NCBI GenBank assembly: GCA_017499595.2
Contig: CM039004.1
Span: forward strand, 3,410,001-3,474,000
DNA from: Psilocybe cubensis
Lineage: Eukaryota
Reading direction: 5' to 3'
DNA: 64,000 nt
The translations under genes were made by a program, and so were the position numbers. This document shows, piece after piece, positions 34,976-50,527 of the stretch. Each line of letters opens with the position of its first letter. The stretch's first letter is position 1. The notes beneath the pieces are model-generated. The model did no database searches and was not told the DNA's origin. It worked only from the letters and a program-made list of their open reading frames with translations.

Positions 34976-37900
34976 TTCCACGTTCGGGCGGCAATACATG
35001 GTGTCTAATGTACTATAGCACCCATACTACGCAGCGAGGTTCTAGCAGACAAGAAGGTTGGGGATGTAGTTTAGATCATGAGGTCTTTGCATATTGTAGG
35101 CGAGTATGTATATTTGATGTTGAATTAGTAGGTAACATAGGTTATCGGACGGGGATGTAGCTAAACCCTGGAATCCACACATGGAAGCAGGCCTGCATCC
35201 TTCTGTATACTTTCCTTCCATCGCAACACCCATCCAAACACCAAGGAAGGAGGTGGAAATAGAAGCGTCCACACATCATCACGATTGTTATTAGCGAGTA
35301 ACCCAGAGTCCGCATGGGTGATTGCCAACTTTAATATATGGACATTAGCGGTTTGCGCATATGGCATATCGAGACGCCCTGCGCAGAGTTGACGCGGCAC
35401 TGGGACAGGCACAGAGATGAGCGGGGGAGCTGTAAGTCATGAGGGGGTGGAGGGGGTCTGCAGCGGATTGTGCACGTATGACTTTTTGCAGCTAGTGTGT
35501 TGATGTTAATGTCGAAGTTGCCATTGTGGTCATGAAGGGAGGTTGGGGGGGATGTATAAATTGTGTGTGTGTTTGGAGGCGGGTTTGCTTGAAAATGGTG
35601 CAAGAGTTGGGCAACAGTGTTGAGCTGGACACAGTTGGTTGTGGTTACGGAGTGGGATTAAGATAGGAGGATGGGAATTCGCATGATTGAATGGTACCCA
35701 TTACACTCGTATCATCCTCCTCTGTCTTCAGTCAATTTCGCTTGCATCTTGTGAGTGTTGACTTATTGGTTGTCAAATTGGTGGCGGATGTATCCGGTAT
35801 CCGTAGGAGAGGACCTGCGGGCGGTGGTTGTAAAAGGGGGAGTTGGTGAGGTTGTATATGGCGGGAGTCAGTGATGGTGACGTTGTGGAGTAGACGGAGA
35901 CGGATGTGATGGTAAATGTGGAAGTGTACGTACCATTAAAGCGTGATATGTAAATCGAGGAAGTGTCCGTCACCACTTCAGCTTGAGTATAGAGGCCGTT
36001 ATCGAGCTGCTCCGCGGATATTCAGATGAGGGGTGGTGTGATATGGTTGCGGTAAGGAAGAAGACGGAGGAACTGACCATGGCCGTGCTTTTGACATGCA
36101 GTGGCAGTAGGGAGAATGTATCAAAGGGTGATATTTGAAGTGCGGAGGCTTGACGAGGATCGGAGATAAGCCGCGTTTTCTGCTGCTTCTTCTAAAAGCC
36201 TCTTGGGACCCATTCTTGCACTGTCATAAAAGGCGACATGCAGACGAACAAGAGACGAGAGTGAATTTTTACAAGTCCGTCGATTGCTGCCAGCATAATA
36301 AGGACAAATACGCGAGATACTCGTCGCATGTAACGGCTTGCCCACTCCGCTCCACCCACCTTGCTCCAATGCATCCCAAGAAGCGCAAGCCCTAGGCCTG
36401 CCTGCGGAGGAACATTCTTGATTGACATCAACTCTTCGACGTCTCGACTCTTGCCTCAGGAATGTGACCACTGCGCGGGAAACCCTGCAGACGGACAAAA
36501 CGACCCTCTATACGTTGGCTAAACCTCATCCCTCTTTGGGGATACTAACATGCCGGACATCGTAAAAGGGTTGTGTGTAGTCCATGTGTATTGTTCATTG
36601 GTATGATCGCTTTTGTCATTCTTCGTTTCCTTCGCTTCCTGTGGATAGGATTATAAATTATAAACTCTCTTTAACAATATTCAGCATTACGTTCAACGAC
36701 AACGGTGGGAGCTACGTTCTGTCTCACTCCTGCTTCTATACCTTCTACAATCGAGGTACGTGGTCATGCATGCATCAATAGTTACCAAGCTAATATTACT
36801 TTCAGGTGCATAGTCGTTTACTTCCTGTGTGCGTGCAGCGGGCGATGTGCGGGTTGCATTTGACACAAGCATGGGCATCAGCGCTCTGCTAGTGCTACCC
36901 ATTTGAGACTGTGCCATCACGTCTGTGTGAGTGTGTGTGCGCAGCGGCGACAGGTGGTCTGCAGTTGATAACCAAGGTGCTTCAACACTGTACTACTCAT
37001 TCAGAGTGTGTCTCTTACCTTCATGTCCCTCTCCAGCGTGTGTGCAGAGAGCAATCGATGGCCTGCGGGAGACGAAGCATGCTCCGTCCGTGCCTCGCTG
37101 TTCTTTGAGTATTGCTCTTACCTCGAGAGGCCGCAACGGGTGGCCTGCAGTCGACAACCAAGGTGCGTCATCATCGTTCCGCTTATCGAGAGTGCTGGAT
37201 CTTATCGTCGGTATATAGGCGGCATCAACGAGGACCGCGGTGTCTTGTGCAAGCGGGGATTCTACAGTGGAAGGAAATGGGCACTGTAGGTTGTGGTGTC
37301 TGTCAGCGTCGTTGTCTACGAGGGATGCGCGGCTCACCGGATGGGATGAAGTAGAGGAGTGTAGAGCACACCAGAGAAGGGGATGAGGGAATGAAGAATG
37401 CCAATTAGGGTGAGTTGTCTGTATTGGTCTCTACAGCTTGTACTTACCTCGTTTAAGTTCTCTTCTCCTCACATCCGCGCCTCGCTTTCTACATAGCCAA
37501 GTCAATTTTGAATGCTTGTGCTGGGATTCACTCATCACAATTGACTCACAGTGGGTCGTGACGCCGTGAACACCCCAACCCAACTGATATGGAGGGGACT
37601 GCTTTGCAGGTGCCTGTACTCTTTATCAGAGTATGGGTACTTACTTGTCCCGCCGTACCCTTCCTTCTTCGACGTCAACAACGGCGCATCAACGGCGGGA
37701 TTGAGCACTCAAAGAAAGTTGCAATCGTAACCCAGTGCCTGGGCTGAGAATGACCCATCGACGTGGAGGGCGGAGCGCGAGTCCAACAGCGTCGATATGC
37801 CGACGTGTCGCCCTTGCTATCACTACGACCGCTCTGCCATCAATCTCATCCTCGTTCGTGTTCTTGTGTTCAACGACGGCTGCGCATCCAGAAAAACCGC

Positions 37901-40900
37901 GACCGCAAGCTCAACTTGAAGAGGGGGGGCAGCGTCTTTCCTTATTCGGCATCGTAACCCGCGGCGGTCTGGAATGTGGTGTTGCATTTTGCGTCTGGAC
38001 GATGGATCAGGTGGGACAATAATAATATCACTCGTCCTACTAGGAACCGGGGACGGCTGATAGGAGCAGCGTAGGTATCTCTGATAAATAAGTATTTTTT
38101 CTCAAATAATACCGCGCGCAGATTGATACAAATAACGACGGATCGATAAGATAAATACATTGTCTATCCGTTCCCCTATCCTTGACCGGTGACACTTTGC
38201 CTTTCAACGCGTAACCTGCAATCACTGCCATCAAACCCTCAAACGTCGAGAGATCCAAAATCAAATATACACCTTCAAACATTCCCTAACAAGCCACTTA
38301 TCCATGCTCAACGGGCGTGATCCCGGAGCACTCAAGTTGTCGCTCGTAGTGTCATGCTTGAACAAGTATATTTGATACTCATATCTCTCCACTCCATATG
38401 GAGGCAGGACTGCGCTCGCTTCACAATTAAAACTATCGTGAACACAGAAGATGTGGAAAGGTGTAGAGATATGTACGAGCAACTATCGATCAATCCTATC
38501 CTTACCAAGCGTGATTTTTGAAGAAATAGGGATGTTGACGGACATTGAGTATTGCGTGCTTGAATGTGAAGAGAAAGTGAGTATATCATCCTTAGATTAA
38601 TGCGCAAATCAGCAATGTGCCAGGCAATATGAAAGTTTTGAAGAAAACAATGCGTATTCTGAGACTCGGACACTCGAATCACGATCTCTAGTCCCCCAAT
38701 ATTCGAACGTGGCATGGATCGCTTGGTGCATACTCGCGCTGAATGTTGGGATGGATACGGAACCCGGGCCACATAATGTGTCGGACGAGCTTATCCCGTT
38801 GGGTTGACTGGGATGACATGAATACGGCGCTCTGTAAAAAATATTATCAGCGTTAGATCAATGCACCTGTAGCCACGATTACAATCTCACCAGTGATATC
38901 AATTTCATTAGCTCGATTCATACTCTGACTGAGGGCCATAGTTGAATTATTAGAGATGTCAGAGGGCGACATTGAGTACTGAGTGCTTGAATGTGAAGAG
39001 AAAGTGAGAGGATCTGATGCAAAGCTGGGTAATGGGAATGTGGGTAATGGGTCAAGGTGAGCAAATGGGGGTGCAAATCTGACCCCCTCAGTGTCCATTG
39101 ACGAGGACATGTTGCCCAATCTAAGGCATAAAATCAGACTCCCTTCTTAACGTTATCATTCTTCCCACCTTTGGTTTCTGTCAGCCTTGCTTGGATCGTG
39201 GGGTTTAGGGTACACGTTGGCAAAGAGCGAGGATTTCTATATTATAAGCCACATTAGAACCGTAGCCATCCAGGGTAGACAGAGTGAGTCACCACTTCAA
39301 AGTTGATCAAAGAAGGCGTGAAGGGAGGGATAACCACCCAGGCCCGTGTATAGTGAAGTAATGCTAAAATTCCCGCCAAAGACCAGCGAAAAAAGGGTTG
39401 GCGGCGGGGAAATTACGGAGGCATACGTTCCCAATGGAGGGTCTGCTCCATGCCGAGTTCCCCAGAATAAATATCCATTTTCAGAGACTTACAATTTTAG
39501 CATCAGATGCACCATTTGTGAATATAAGAGAAGTACGCTGATTATACACTCTGGGTACCCATAAATCAATATTTAATCATAAGTCCGAGTTACACAATCA
39601 AGAATTGTCCACTATTGTCTGCCATACTACATGCCTTGATGAATCACCAGCGAGGGATTGAAAGGACTAGTAAGCACCTTGTCACCATAGTGTCATTTCC
39701 AGTTAGAACAGAGCGTGCGTACCATAGAATTTGCTAGCTTCGGCAGACACATTCTATCAGGGTCTCACTACAAAAATTGAACGAGTATTCAACTCGTTAT
39801 CCCAAGCGGTTCGATTTATGAAGTCTTGAGCGAAATACCTCATTCGCGAACATGACGCGAAGGAAGCCGGGAGATATTGTAAATCCAGAATTTGAACACC
39901 TTCGCCTTCCAGCACCTTTCTAGCCACCATGATACGATCTTCTGATCACTGCCTCAAAAACTCATTTGCCAGTGGGCCAACCAAAACGTCAATATTTTCT
40001 TGGCGAGGGGCAAGCACAGGTGTTGCTGCAGAAGTACGTTCTAAGGCGGCCATTCTAGCGGAAATGCATGCTAGCGTCAGGGCAAAATTTGCACACTTGT
40101 TTCTGAGCCTGTTGATATGAGACTTTGTGGATGATTGGCAATTCTCGACGTCGAATTTGAGCTGAGGAATTCCTGCTATCAATGTTCCCAGATTGTGATT
40201 CTGCTCCCTTCAGTGACGGTGCTGTTGTAGAAAACTATCTACACAGACTTCATCAATAACAGTTCCTGCGACGTTAAATGGTGCTAACTGAAGGGCAGAA
40301 AGCCTGGACATTGCTACCCGCCGCCCGGTCATCCATCGTTTTTGCGAATATTGAATGTCATTGGCTCACATGAAGGATGTTACTTACCCTGTGCGACATA
40401 TACAACAACGTTGTCCATGTGCGTCGCGATTTAATTTCCACATACCAACACTATCCATCATCGATCCGCTGTGAGATCACATCCAACACTCCTCCACGCA
40501 GCACACGAGCCCCAAACACCCGTCCGCTCCTAATTCCTAATACAACTTTTCGTTTCCTCAAGGATGCAAGTAAGTCGGTTGAGATCTTTTACAAGTGTCG
40601 GACGCACCATGTACCTTGTTTAACGCTAATAAACCCGACTCATCCCCCGTATTCTCTGCGACGTGTCCAGCCGGTGCCCAGTCATTCCTCAGGGCGTGCT
40701 CACACATCCAGGGCGTCAACACCATCTCTCCCTCCCCTACTATCCACAATCCACACGTCAAATCAGAGCGCGAGTCGCTCGCTAGAAACGGCTTCAAAAC
40801 TTCGTTGCTGTAGGACGGTTCACGGCGAGCGGGGCGTGGGCCGCAGTGAAAGGTGCGTTGATTTACTTACCTAGGTGTTGTTGTCCGTCGCCGGCGTTTT

Positions 40901-43900
40901 CCAATTCAACGCGTCCCGCAGTCTCAAATTTATCAAGTCTCATCTTTTTTGCTGCAATTCCCTCTTTTCCAACCCGACTGTCTCACTTTGACTCTTCTTT
41001 TTTCGCGTCCCTTGCTTCTCTCTTCTGCGCTGCTACACCTTTGACGTCCGCCCTTCCAACGCTTGCCGTCGCGCACGATCCGGTCTATCCATGGCGCCTC
41101 ACAACGCGATCTACTCCTTTCATTGCACCTCTACCCTGCCGTTCGGTCTTATTTTCACATTTCTGTGCAACTTTAACGTAGTTGTCACCATGTACAACAA
41201 CATGCATTGTGATAAAGGTACGTACTGTCATTAAAAACTTTTCAGACGTCCAACTCATTCCCTGTCAACAGACATTCTGCATCTGCTGCCCCAGACCCTC
41301 CTCACGCCTCAACCTTGCTTATTGTACTGCCCATCGGTTTCAACGTTGCCGTCAACAAGGAAAGGCATAAACTCACCGACGCAGACGCCAAATCCTCGTG
41401 CACAACCGCCATCCCGCTCATTTCTGCAGCTTCAAAGCATAGTCAGCACCATATTGGCAAGAACAAACAGCCAGACACTTACAGGGGTACACGTAACCCA
41501 GCACTCGTCGTTGATATCGCGCTGGCGTCGTAAGCTGTAAGCAACTGTTAGCAATATCCAAGACTTACAGGGGCGGCAGGACCTTCAGAGGCGGTTAGGA
41601 GCCGGGTGAAACCGTGAAGATGGTGTTTCTTCAAGTTTCGGGGAATTGGTGGCAGGAAGATACTGGGCAGATCGGTCTCGCTTGTAAGCCAGCGAGATTG
41701 TAGACGATACTGACATCCGTTAATAATGCGGCGCCTATTAATCACACATGTTTATATAGTGAGAGTGGAAGGCGAATACAAGTAATCACTGACCTGGAAC
41801 TTAGGACGATGAAGTGCACCACTTGAAAAATCCCACTAACGATTATCTAGTCTTGCAAGTGCCGAATGCGTGTGTGGTGCTTGGGATAATGGATAGGAGG
41901 GCGTGGTTGGATGGCAACCACTCTGTATGTCAGGTCAGTCCGGTATGAGTTGCATTAGTGAATGGGTCAACTTACCTGCTCTGCAATGACACCCTCAAGC
42001 CCATCAACTAGATCCATATTCCCTCCACCCGACTTCAAAATCACCCGAAACGACGCCGTCGCTAGCACGTATTTTCTGCGACGTGTCCAGCCGGTGCCCA
42101 ATTGTTCCCCACGGCGTGCTCACACATCCAGGGCATCAGCACCATCCCTCCCTCCCTTACCATCCGCAGTCCACACGTCAAATCAGAGGATTCAACACTG
42201 TTATGGGGCGGTCAATCCAGAGCGGTCCCCGACGAACAAAACACGGAAAACTTACATTTTCAACACCGGTCCGCCGCTCGCAGAGGTTTGTCGCTGTCGC
42301 AAACAGCTAAGTGTCAACGCGTATCCACGTCGAACAGCGTATTAATTACCTGCAAGTGTCCCACGAAACACACACTCGCATCCCGCGGCATCTCAATGGG
42401 TAGGGTAACCTGCACAGAATGCTGGAGTTGAAGAATGGGATGTGAATGTGAATTGGGGAGTCTCATCGTGCACCGCCCTCGACGACCGGTATGCTGGGAG
42501 GATGGATAAGACAGAGGGAACTCACTGCGTCGTCCGTCGTCGACCTCTACCTCCCAGATCCTCCATTTGTCGTCATACACGTTCCTGCGAGGGAGATTGT
42601 CAACCCTAACACTCTTTTACACCACCAGTACTTACAATGTTACTCATTTCCACTCGCTGCATTGCGGCCAACCGCGTTACAAAGAAAGATGCCGAAGCAT
42701 AGCGGCAATTCAAGAAGATGAACAGAAACGAGCACCAGGTCAACGGAGAATGTGACTCGGAGCCTGGGTCGTATGTTGCAAGCTCGAACACACTACAATA
42801 CCTACATTTATTTAACATACATCACCTCGATGCCAGAAAGCACCCGATTACGGGGTTCTCATATGCGGCGGACTCAAGAAACAAAAGGTAACACAAGATG
42901 AGAGGGGCCGTACAATGGCTCAGACGTCGAGAACAGCGTGCACCGTAACATCAAGCTATTACTGCATCAATTGCAATCTGAATGCCGCAAAACGCCAATG
43001 TCTGTCCTACATTGGCTAGATTCCTACGTTGTTCCAAAGCATCATAGACAGCCTTGATAAGGCGACACAAAGAGAAAGTGAGTGGGATACACTCCTGACT
43101 CTAACTCTGCGTCTTCCTGGCGTTCACTTCTTCCATGTTCGTGGCGTGGAATAGCATGATGTAGGATACCAATTGGATTTCACGTACATCATCATGCAAC
43201 GGGGAGGTGGTCAACCTAGGCCTGCAGGGTCTCGAGACACCGTTGTCGTTGGATTCAGAAAAAGAGCAGAAAGGTGTCGTTGGCGGTGAGTGGCGAGAAA
43301 CTGTGTGGGAGTCATCCCTGAGAGTGTTAAAGATGGTATAAGGGAAGTAAAATGGTAGGAAAGGGTTCAAAAAGACTGTAAACGACATACTTTCAATGAC
43401 CCCTTTCCTACAGTTCCACCCGACCTCTACGCACACTGTACTGCGCACGCACAAAATAATCATTACATACCTCAGTGCCTTCCTTCAACAGTAGCTGCGA
43501 TCATTCCGTCGTTACTCAAGAGCTTCTAGCTCGGCTTCATGTCGTCGTCGACTGTGCGACTGGATGAGGTGGCTGAGAGACAAGTTGCTTTTGTTTGGTC
43601 TTGTTGTTGGCAGCCGAGAACAGCCAGGAATATGATTCAGAGGCTGCAGCATCTTGATTGGTTGGCTCAGCGATGTAATTTTTCAAAAAAGCACTCACCC
43701 TGAGACATTTTCAGAGTCCTTGGTACTCACCTTGTTCTGTGTTATCTCCGCCGCATTCCGCTCCATCCTGTGGCCATTGTCGTATTGCCAAGTAACCATC
43801 ACCCTTCATCGTGCTGCATGCGAGGCTAGCGTGCGTCTATTCACTGCGGGCGTCACTACAAACGATGTGGAGCTTTCAAGGTGAGTCAGCACTCTCCAGC

Positions 43901-44952
43901 ATGTTGGACGGGAGTGCTCACCATTGCCACTCATACTGTCATCTTGCTGTTCAACATCCATTGTGTCAGCACACACGGCTGGTATTGACAAGGTGGTGGT
44001 TGCCTTCAAACCGAGTCAGCATTCGAGCGCGTTGGATAGGTTGTGCTTACAGGTATCACCTCTGGACTTCCATGTGAGCGGAAATGAGGGCGATTGAGGC
44101 GGCGTCATCAGGAGCGGGCAAGCGAGACAGATGTTGGTAGAGGGGAGATCCTAATGTTAACACCCGCCGGTACCGTTCTAGACATCATGCAGCGTACTCA
44201 CCGAGAACAGGCTTCATACATTGCCGAGACTCTGTGGAGGTGCGCGTGGTTCTAGTACGCCCATTACATGTCGTAAGTCAGCCAAATATACAGTTTTTTT
44301 TTCTGCCTCGCTTGTTAGTTTCAATTTTGTTATGCGCCTGTTGGGCCGATTTTCCGTTTGTGTTGAATCTGCATTTCTGAAGGCACTGTGCTTTCCGTTT
44401 GCGTGATGTTGTGTTTGAAGATTGACTGGATTAAACCCAGCATTGAGTGACGTGCATGTTGCATCCTTCAGTCTTCGTGGGCTAACAACACTCAACAGAA
44501 GCATTTAATGCATACACACAAGTGTACAGATACAGATAAGTATTGTACAAGCTATGTTTAAAGCTTGTAATTTGTTGTATACGCCTTGATAATCAAAATT
44601 ACCCAAAGCGCGGATATCAAAATCTCAACATATCTTAATCAATCTCTCAAAATTTTACGAATATTTCTCACTTGGGAACTCGTACGTACTGAGCAACATA
44701 CACCTAAAACACCCAGTTCACGAAATCGATGCAGAAATGGCGTTCTAGCACTCCCGGTGTGCGGACAATTGTCCTGGAGTTGACCCAGCAAATCCATCTT
44801 CTGAGCAGCAACAAATGAACGCCGCTGCTTCAGCTAGTCGATCTGCGGTTATGGATAGCCAAGGGTTCTCGAGCTAGTGTCATGTCGGAGCCGAAGTAGA
44901 AGAATGCGATTGAAATGGGGTGGAATGCTGATTTGGGAGAGGAGGAGCAGAT

Positions 44953-45720
44953 CTAAGCTTATTCCCCCCCGAAGGGGGGGCCTTCGTTGCATTGGGCCTC
45001 CTGTTCAGAAATCCTGAAATCTGATGCCAGATTCGGATTCCTTGACCCCGAAAACCCCCAAATCAACTTTTAAAATATTTTATTTTGTACATACGGAGGT
45101 GCTACATAATTAAACATGTAATTTATGGAGGCCGGCCTCCAAATTGATGGAGGCCACTGGAGGCCGGCCTCCGTCTAAAAATAACTTTTGACAGGCACTG
45201 GAGGCCGGCCTCCGTCTAAAAATAAACAGTGACAGGCACTGGAGGCCGGCCTCCCGCCTGTCTCACCACCCCCGACGCATGCGCTCGCTGTCCCAATGCC
45301 TGCGCTCGCTGTCCCAACACTCGCGCTCGCTATCCCGACACTCGCACTCGCCGCTGCGTGTCTTTGCACTGCCACCTCCGGGCCGCTGCTGCTGCCACCA
45401 CCTCCACTCGCCGCCTGTTGCTGCCGCCTCCGCCTCCATTTGCAGCCTCTCTCTGCCGCCGCGCCGCCTTCCCACCGGCAACGTACGGCGAGTTGTTTGT
45501 CCATGCTGTTGTCATTTCATTCAAACTCCGCCTTTACAATTGACTCCTGACGCGCACCGCAGCGACAATATTATAACCCGCCTTCGCTCGTTGCCCACAA
45601 CGACACACACATTGTTGCGTGTTGTTGCGCCACCACCCCCGCGACTCCTCCACCGCCGCCGCCTTCGCTCGCCGCCCACAACAACATGCAGCCGAGAAAG
45701 CGTTCGTGTTTGTTTGTGCT
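44953..45720. mobile_element. X module copy B terminus (diverged variant)
   Basis: Same terminus, C7-GAA-G7 hairpin and palindromes at 45127, 45159, 45200 and 45241; patchy homology to 31480-31660 continues to ~45720. Confidence 0.75.
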
Positions 45721-47294
45721 TGCTTATGGCCTTGTGCGCCGCGTTTTTTTGCTTGACTTTTACCTCACGCACACGTTTCTCGTCAAGCGTCGTGAGCTTG
45801 CAACAGTATTCAGGTGCAACATTTTCTGTACACTGTAACCACAGCTAATTGTGGACAGACACCCGTGGTTCCTCTCAGTGATATTCACAACATTTTTGGA
45901 AGACGGTCGAGGCCTCAGACATGCGACGCACAACATCGCTAACATGCACCCCACAGAGATCGTGCATAGGCAGGCCGACTCGCAGAATCCCATGTCATTT
46001 TGCGCGTTAAACTTACCATCATTTGACGTGTCAACACCGTCTTGAACATTTCCAGCAACCTTCGTATCAACCCCACACGCTGTCAGTTGTCATGGTGGAT
46101 GGGTTGAAAGGACATCCTGTCAAGGTGCGTCGTCAGCGGTCTGTGTATCATAGGAGCCCTGACTCACGGAAATCACACCTTGTCTGTGCAGCGAGAAGCG
46201 GAGTAAGTAGCAGCACGTTGTTGGGTGGGTGCAACTCACCGTTACGGACTCACCTCAGCATCAAACAATGCACCAGCATCCACGTCCTCTCTCAACTCCA
46301 AACGACTTGGATGGGGAGGGTGGTGTACAACCACTGGAGGGGGGTCAGTCATTCAAACAGCATGCACTGCACCCTGTTACTCACCATTCTTTTCCCATCC
46401 TTCCAACATCCTCCAACCTTGTTTTGCCCTTCTGTTGTTACCAGCCAATCGCACCTTGGGCTCGAGACGGCGGCGCTGCGATGAGAGTTCAAACCACGGG
46501 AAAGATCTAGGACAACAGTGTCATGTGAGTAAGACCCTTTCTCTTTTTTGCTCACTTACCTTCGTTTCCTTTCCACTGTCCTGCCTCGTCCACCTTTCAC
46601 ACATCGCACATTGCCCTTTGCTGCCATCTTGCCCTCTCTGCAATAAGGCATGCCAGTCAACGCTTTGTAACACTCACACTCATTGTTTATCTCTCTTTGC
46701 CATAGCTCCACCCACCACTATCCAAAAGCGACCCCAATTGCACAGCGAGCAAGATGGATACTATCCGCACTGTAGGAAAACTGACACAGAGCATCATTTT
46801 TCATCTCAACACTGTAAATCTCACTCACTCACCTTTTTTCCGGTTCTCCGTGTTGCACGCCGCTAGGATCATCTCTGCTTCAACATCAAGACTATTGATA
46901 CTAAATGGTGCGCTTACCGTCGACGTAACAGGAGTTCCTGGTTGCAACCATCTCATACAGCAAAACTCACTCTGTCTCGACGACAACGGTCAGCTTAGAG
47001 TCAGATCCATGGCCGTTCAAAGTTATACCAACCATAACGATGAATCGGCTGGACACTGGTGCGTGCAACACCGTTATAAATCGGAATCTGATGCCTTGTT
47101 CAATAGTGATGGCTTCACTGCGGTGCTCGAGGGATCAGTCCGACATCCCGCCCAAGATATCACACTCACCATGCCGTGCGTCAAGCCTACCCGCTATGAT
47201 GACTAGTGGTCTCGCATGTTGTCCGCCAGTCATTCGTAGTGCCCCTTACATGTCCGTTGCTGTCAGCATCTCGCCGTGGTGAATCAAAAGGCTA

Positions 47295-47800
47295 GGACTC
47301 ACGCTGTGCCGTACAGGCAGTCGTTGTTGCTCGCAGGAGGCGTGGATCACCATCTTAGGAGACGTGTCAGGAGGATGCATGGGCCGCCGTCGCCGTCGTT
47401 GGGACAAAACACAGTGTTGTACACGCGTGCGTCATCGTGCTGCTGGGTAATCCCTGTGCACTGGTGTCAGCATCAGGTCGCGGTGAATTGAACAGCTGGC
47501 ACTCACACTGTGCAGAGGAGGCAGTCGTTGTTGCCCGCAGAGGAGGCATGGACCACCATCTTAGGAGACGTGTCAGGAGCTGTAAGGTCCGTCGTCGTCG
47601 TCGTTGAGACACAGCGCAGGGTTGTACACGGGTGCCTCAGTGTCGTGCCGCTGGGTAATGGAAACGAGTGCGGTAGAGCACCCTGTACATGCGCAGTGGT
47701 GTCTGTGTCCTGTCGCGGTGAATTGAAAAGCTGGCACTCACGCTGTGCCGCGTTGCTCCTGACCACAGAAGAGGCGTGGACCACCATGTTAGGAGGCTGT
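47295..47800. repeat. About three degenerate ~190-240 bp tandem repeats
   Basis: Recurring GAGGCRTGGAYCACCATSTTAGGAG and CGCGGTGAATTGAA.AGCTGGCACTCAC. Confidence 0.65.
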
Positions 47801-50527
47801 ATTCATACATAGAGTGCAGACTCACTGCAAACGACGCGTCGACTGCCGTGCAAGGAGACTCATCAGGCTCTGCAACGAGCCGATTGGTTATCGCTGGCAA
47901 GCGGGAAGAGAGAAAAGATGGGATGGAAAGATGAGGAATCCAACCATGGTACGCCGTCCCTATTTACCCTTGGTCAATGAGAGCATTGTCGTTGTCGTCG
48001 TCAGCAGCCATGCTCGACGTCATGTAGACCGTAGATTCACCGCAAACGACGCGTCTACTGTCGTGTAAGGCTCTGCAACGAGCCGGCTGGTCATCGCTGG
48101 CACGTTGGAAGGGTGTGGGGCGGAAAGCACAAAGGAGAAAACACGGGATGAGAGGATGAGGAATACATCAACGGTACGTCGTGCTTATATACTCCTCCCA
48201 TGTATGTACCATGTTACGTTGCTCGTCCCGAATACACCTTTTTTTTCAACATCTCATATTTGTCCCAATACGCCGTCTTCTTCGCATTTTGTTATGGCAG
48301 ACTTTGGTCAAGCTCGCCGTTACAAGAACCCGTTAGATCCATGTTCCAAAATCCCGGCTGGGGATGTAAATCAAAGTCACTAATTTGGTGCTCCATTCTT
48401 TAAAATACAAAGCTTTTGTTTTCAGATTCCACGCCATGTACTAGAAATTCATCACACCGCACAACTTCTCTCATCCAAACCCTTTTCGTCTTCTTAAGTG
48501 GTCGAGCTTGTACGTATTCCACCTTGACACCCGGTACGTATACTGCTCGAAATCAGTGAAAAACGCACGACTTTGATATTCACGCCCATCCAGATTTCAC
48601 ATTGACTGACGAAACCGCCGCTGGACCTAGTGTATCTGACAGTATGCTATCCGAGGAAGTGCCCGGTGCTAGTGTATCCAGGGGTCACTCTGGAAAAGAA
48701 CGCGATTCGAAATGAGTAATTGGAGACTAGGGAGAGGAGGAGGGGTACCTCCGGAGTGTTGGATCCGAGGCAATAGCATGTATTGCGATTGAAGTGGGAT
48801 AGATAGAATGCGTGAGGGTTAGTGTATAGTATGCTATTGGGATGCTATTGAAGTGTCAAGGTAATCTGTGGGTCGAATGGAAATGAAATACATGTTCGGC
48901 ACTTATTGCTCGTGCAAATCAAATCTGCTTTCCTCGACAATGATACATCTTGATCATTGTACTTCAGCACCCAGAGACTCTCTGGAGAACAATCGTATAC
49001 CCCTATTCAAGCTCGCATGTTCGGATTTTGCGTGTTTCGGTGTGTATGTATCGTAGTTGCGTGGTTCCGTGATTCATTTCAAGCAAATTTTCCAACCCTG
49101 CACCACAAATTTAGATTCACAGATGCTGTGTACAGTCATAGCTACCCATATATCCCTCCAGAACCCGCTGAGCATGCCGGAAAATGCTGAAATAGCGCGG
49201 AAATGCACGCTGCGCCGTCGAGGAGGATCTCGTTGCAACTCATTTCAACTTTGCTTCCATGTCTCCAACTAGGAATAGACCAAGCTGAGAAGACTTAGGT
49301 TACCATAAAAGAAGGCCAGAAGTGAAAGGAAGCGATTGAAATGAGCTGGAATGCGGAATTCGAGGAGGAGGAGGATGTGGACATACGTGATGGTGAACTT
49401 GTTCATTTGTTCTCCGCCAAAACGATGCACAGAGGCACTTATGGCGGAGTGATAGAGCTAGTATAGAGTGGTGTTGTATGTGTTTTGCCTGTTTATTGCA
49501 TAGATGCGAATGAGCAGCCTCTGATACGTTAGGGCGCTTAACATTTCATTTGCTCAAATCCAATTTATTTCAAGAAAATTCATTTTTAAAAGGACTGTAG
49601 TACATCTTTCTACTTACTACCGTACCATACATTATCACTGCAACCTTCAAATATGCTTGGAGTTCAAATTAGACGGCGTGCATTCAAATTTCCGTCCCGT
49701 GAAAATCAGAACCAACATCTAGACAGTCAATGTTACATGAAGACTTACATACAACCCCTATATTCCCCTCAATTGCAACAGGACGCCATAAACTTCAAAT
49801 TTCTCGGAACATCCGGCACGTATTCTTCAAACAAAACTGTGCATGTCAGGGAATTCATCAAGCTTCTGGGGTCAGGATGGAAACGTTACCTGTCATTCTA
49901 GCTAATGATGACTAGTCCCAATATGGAAACGGGATGAATAGAACGTTTCAAACGCGGTATAACAATGAATCGGGGGAGGAGGAGTGTTGTATTCATGTGG
50001 TAACGTGCCGTACCGAGCGTGTTTTTCCTCTCAATTGAGAATGCCAGCATTGTTCCAGACCTATTAGTGCACTCTGCAGTGATAAATAAGTCTTTATCGC
50101 CTGAAAACAATGAGAAACATACGGAAACGCAGAATGTTTGCGACACACACGTTTTGCCGTGAAAGCGTCTGCGGAATGAATAAGTAGCTACTGCATTGTT
50201 TAAGCTTGAAGATTGGGCGGAAACGGTATGCACTAACCTGATGAGCAAAGACTTTTGCATAACGTACTGAGGGTTTGCCTTGAAATTCGTAGGCTTTCAT
50301 AGTCCCAGATATAATCATCATTGACTGAGGAATGACATAGGTAACTACGGAGTTTTCCCATCTCCGTTTCGGACGACTGGTTTGCGCATGATTGGTCGGT
50401 CGCCATCGTGAGTGGGTTTGCTTGGAAGGTCTTTCCTGCCCTATTCTGTGCGTCTCATGTCGAAAGCGCCTTGTCAATTTTGACCATTCAAGATCGTTTC
50501 CTCAAACATTACTCGATTACTGGGCAC

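Noticed and set aside
35000-44900. Many short ORFs and exon-like fragments
   Set aside because: Interrupted by stops, and I could not assign any family without searches.
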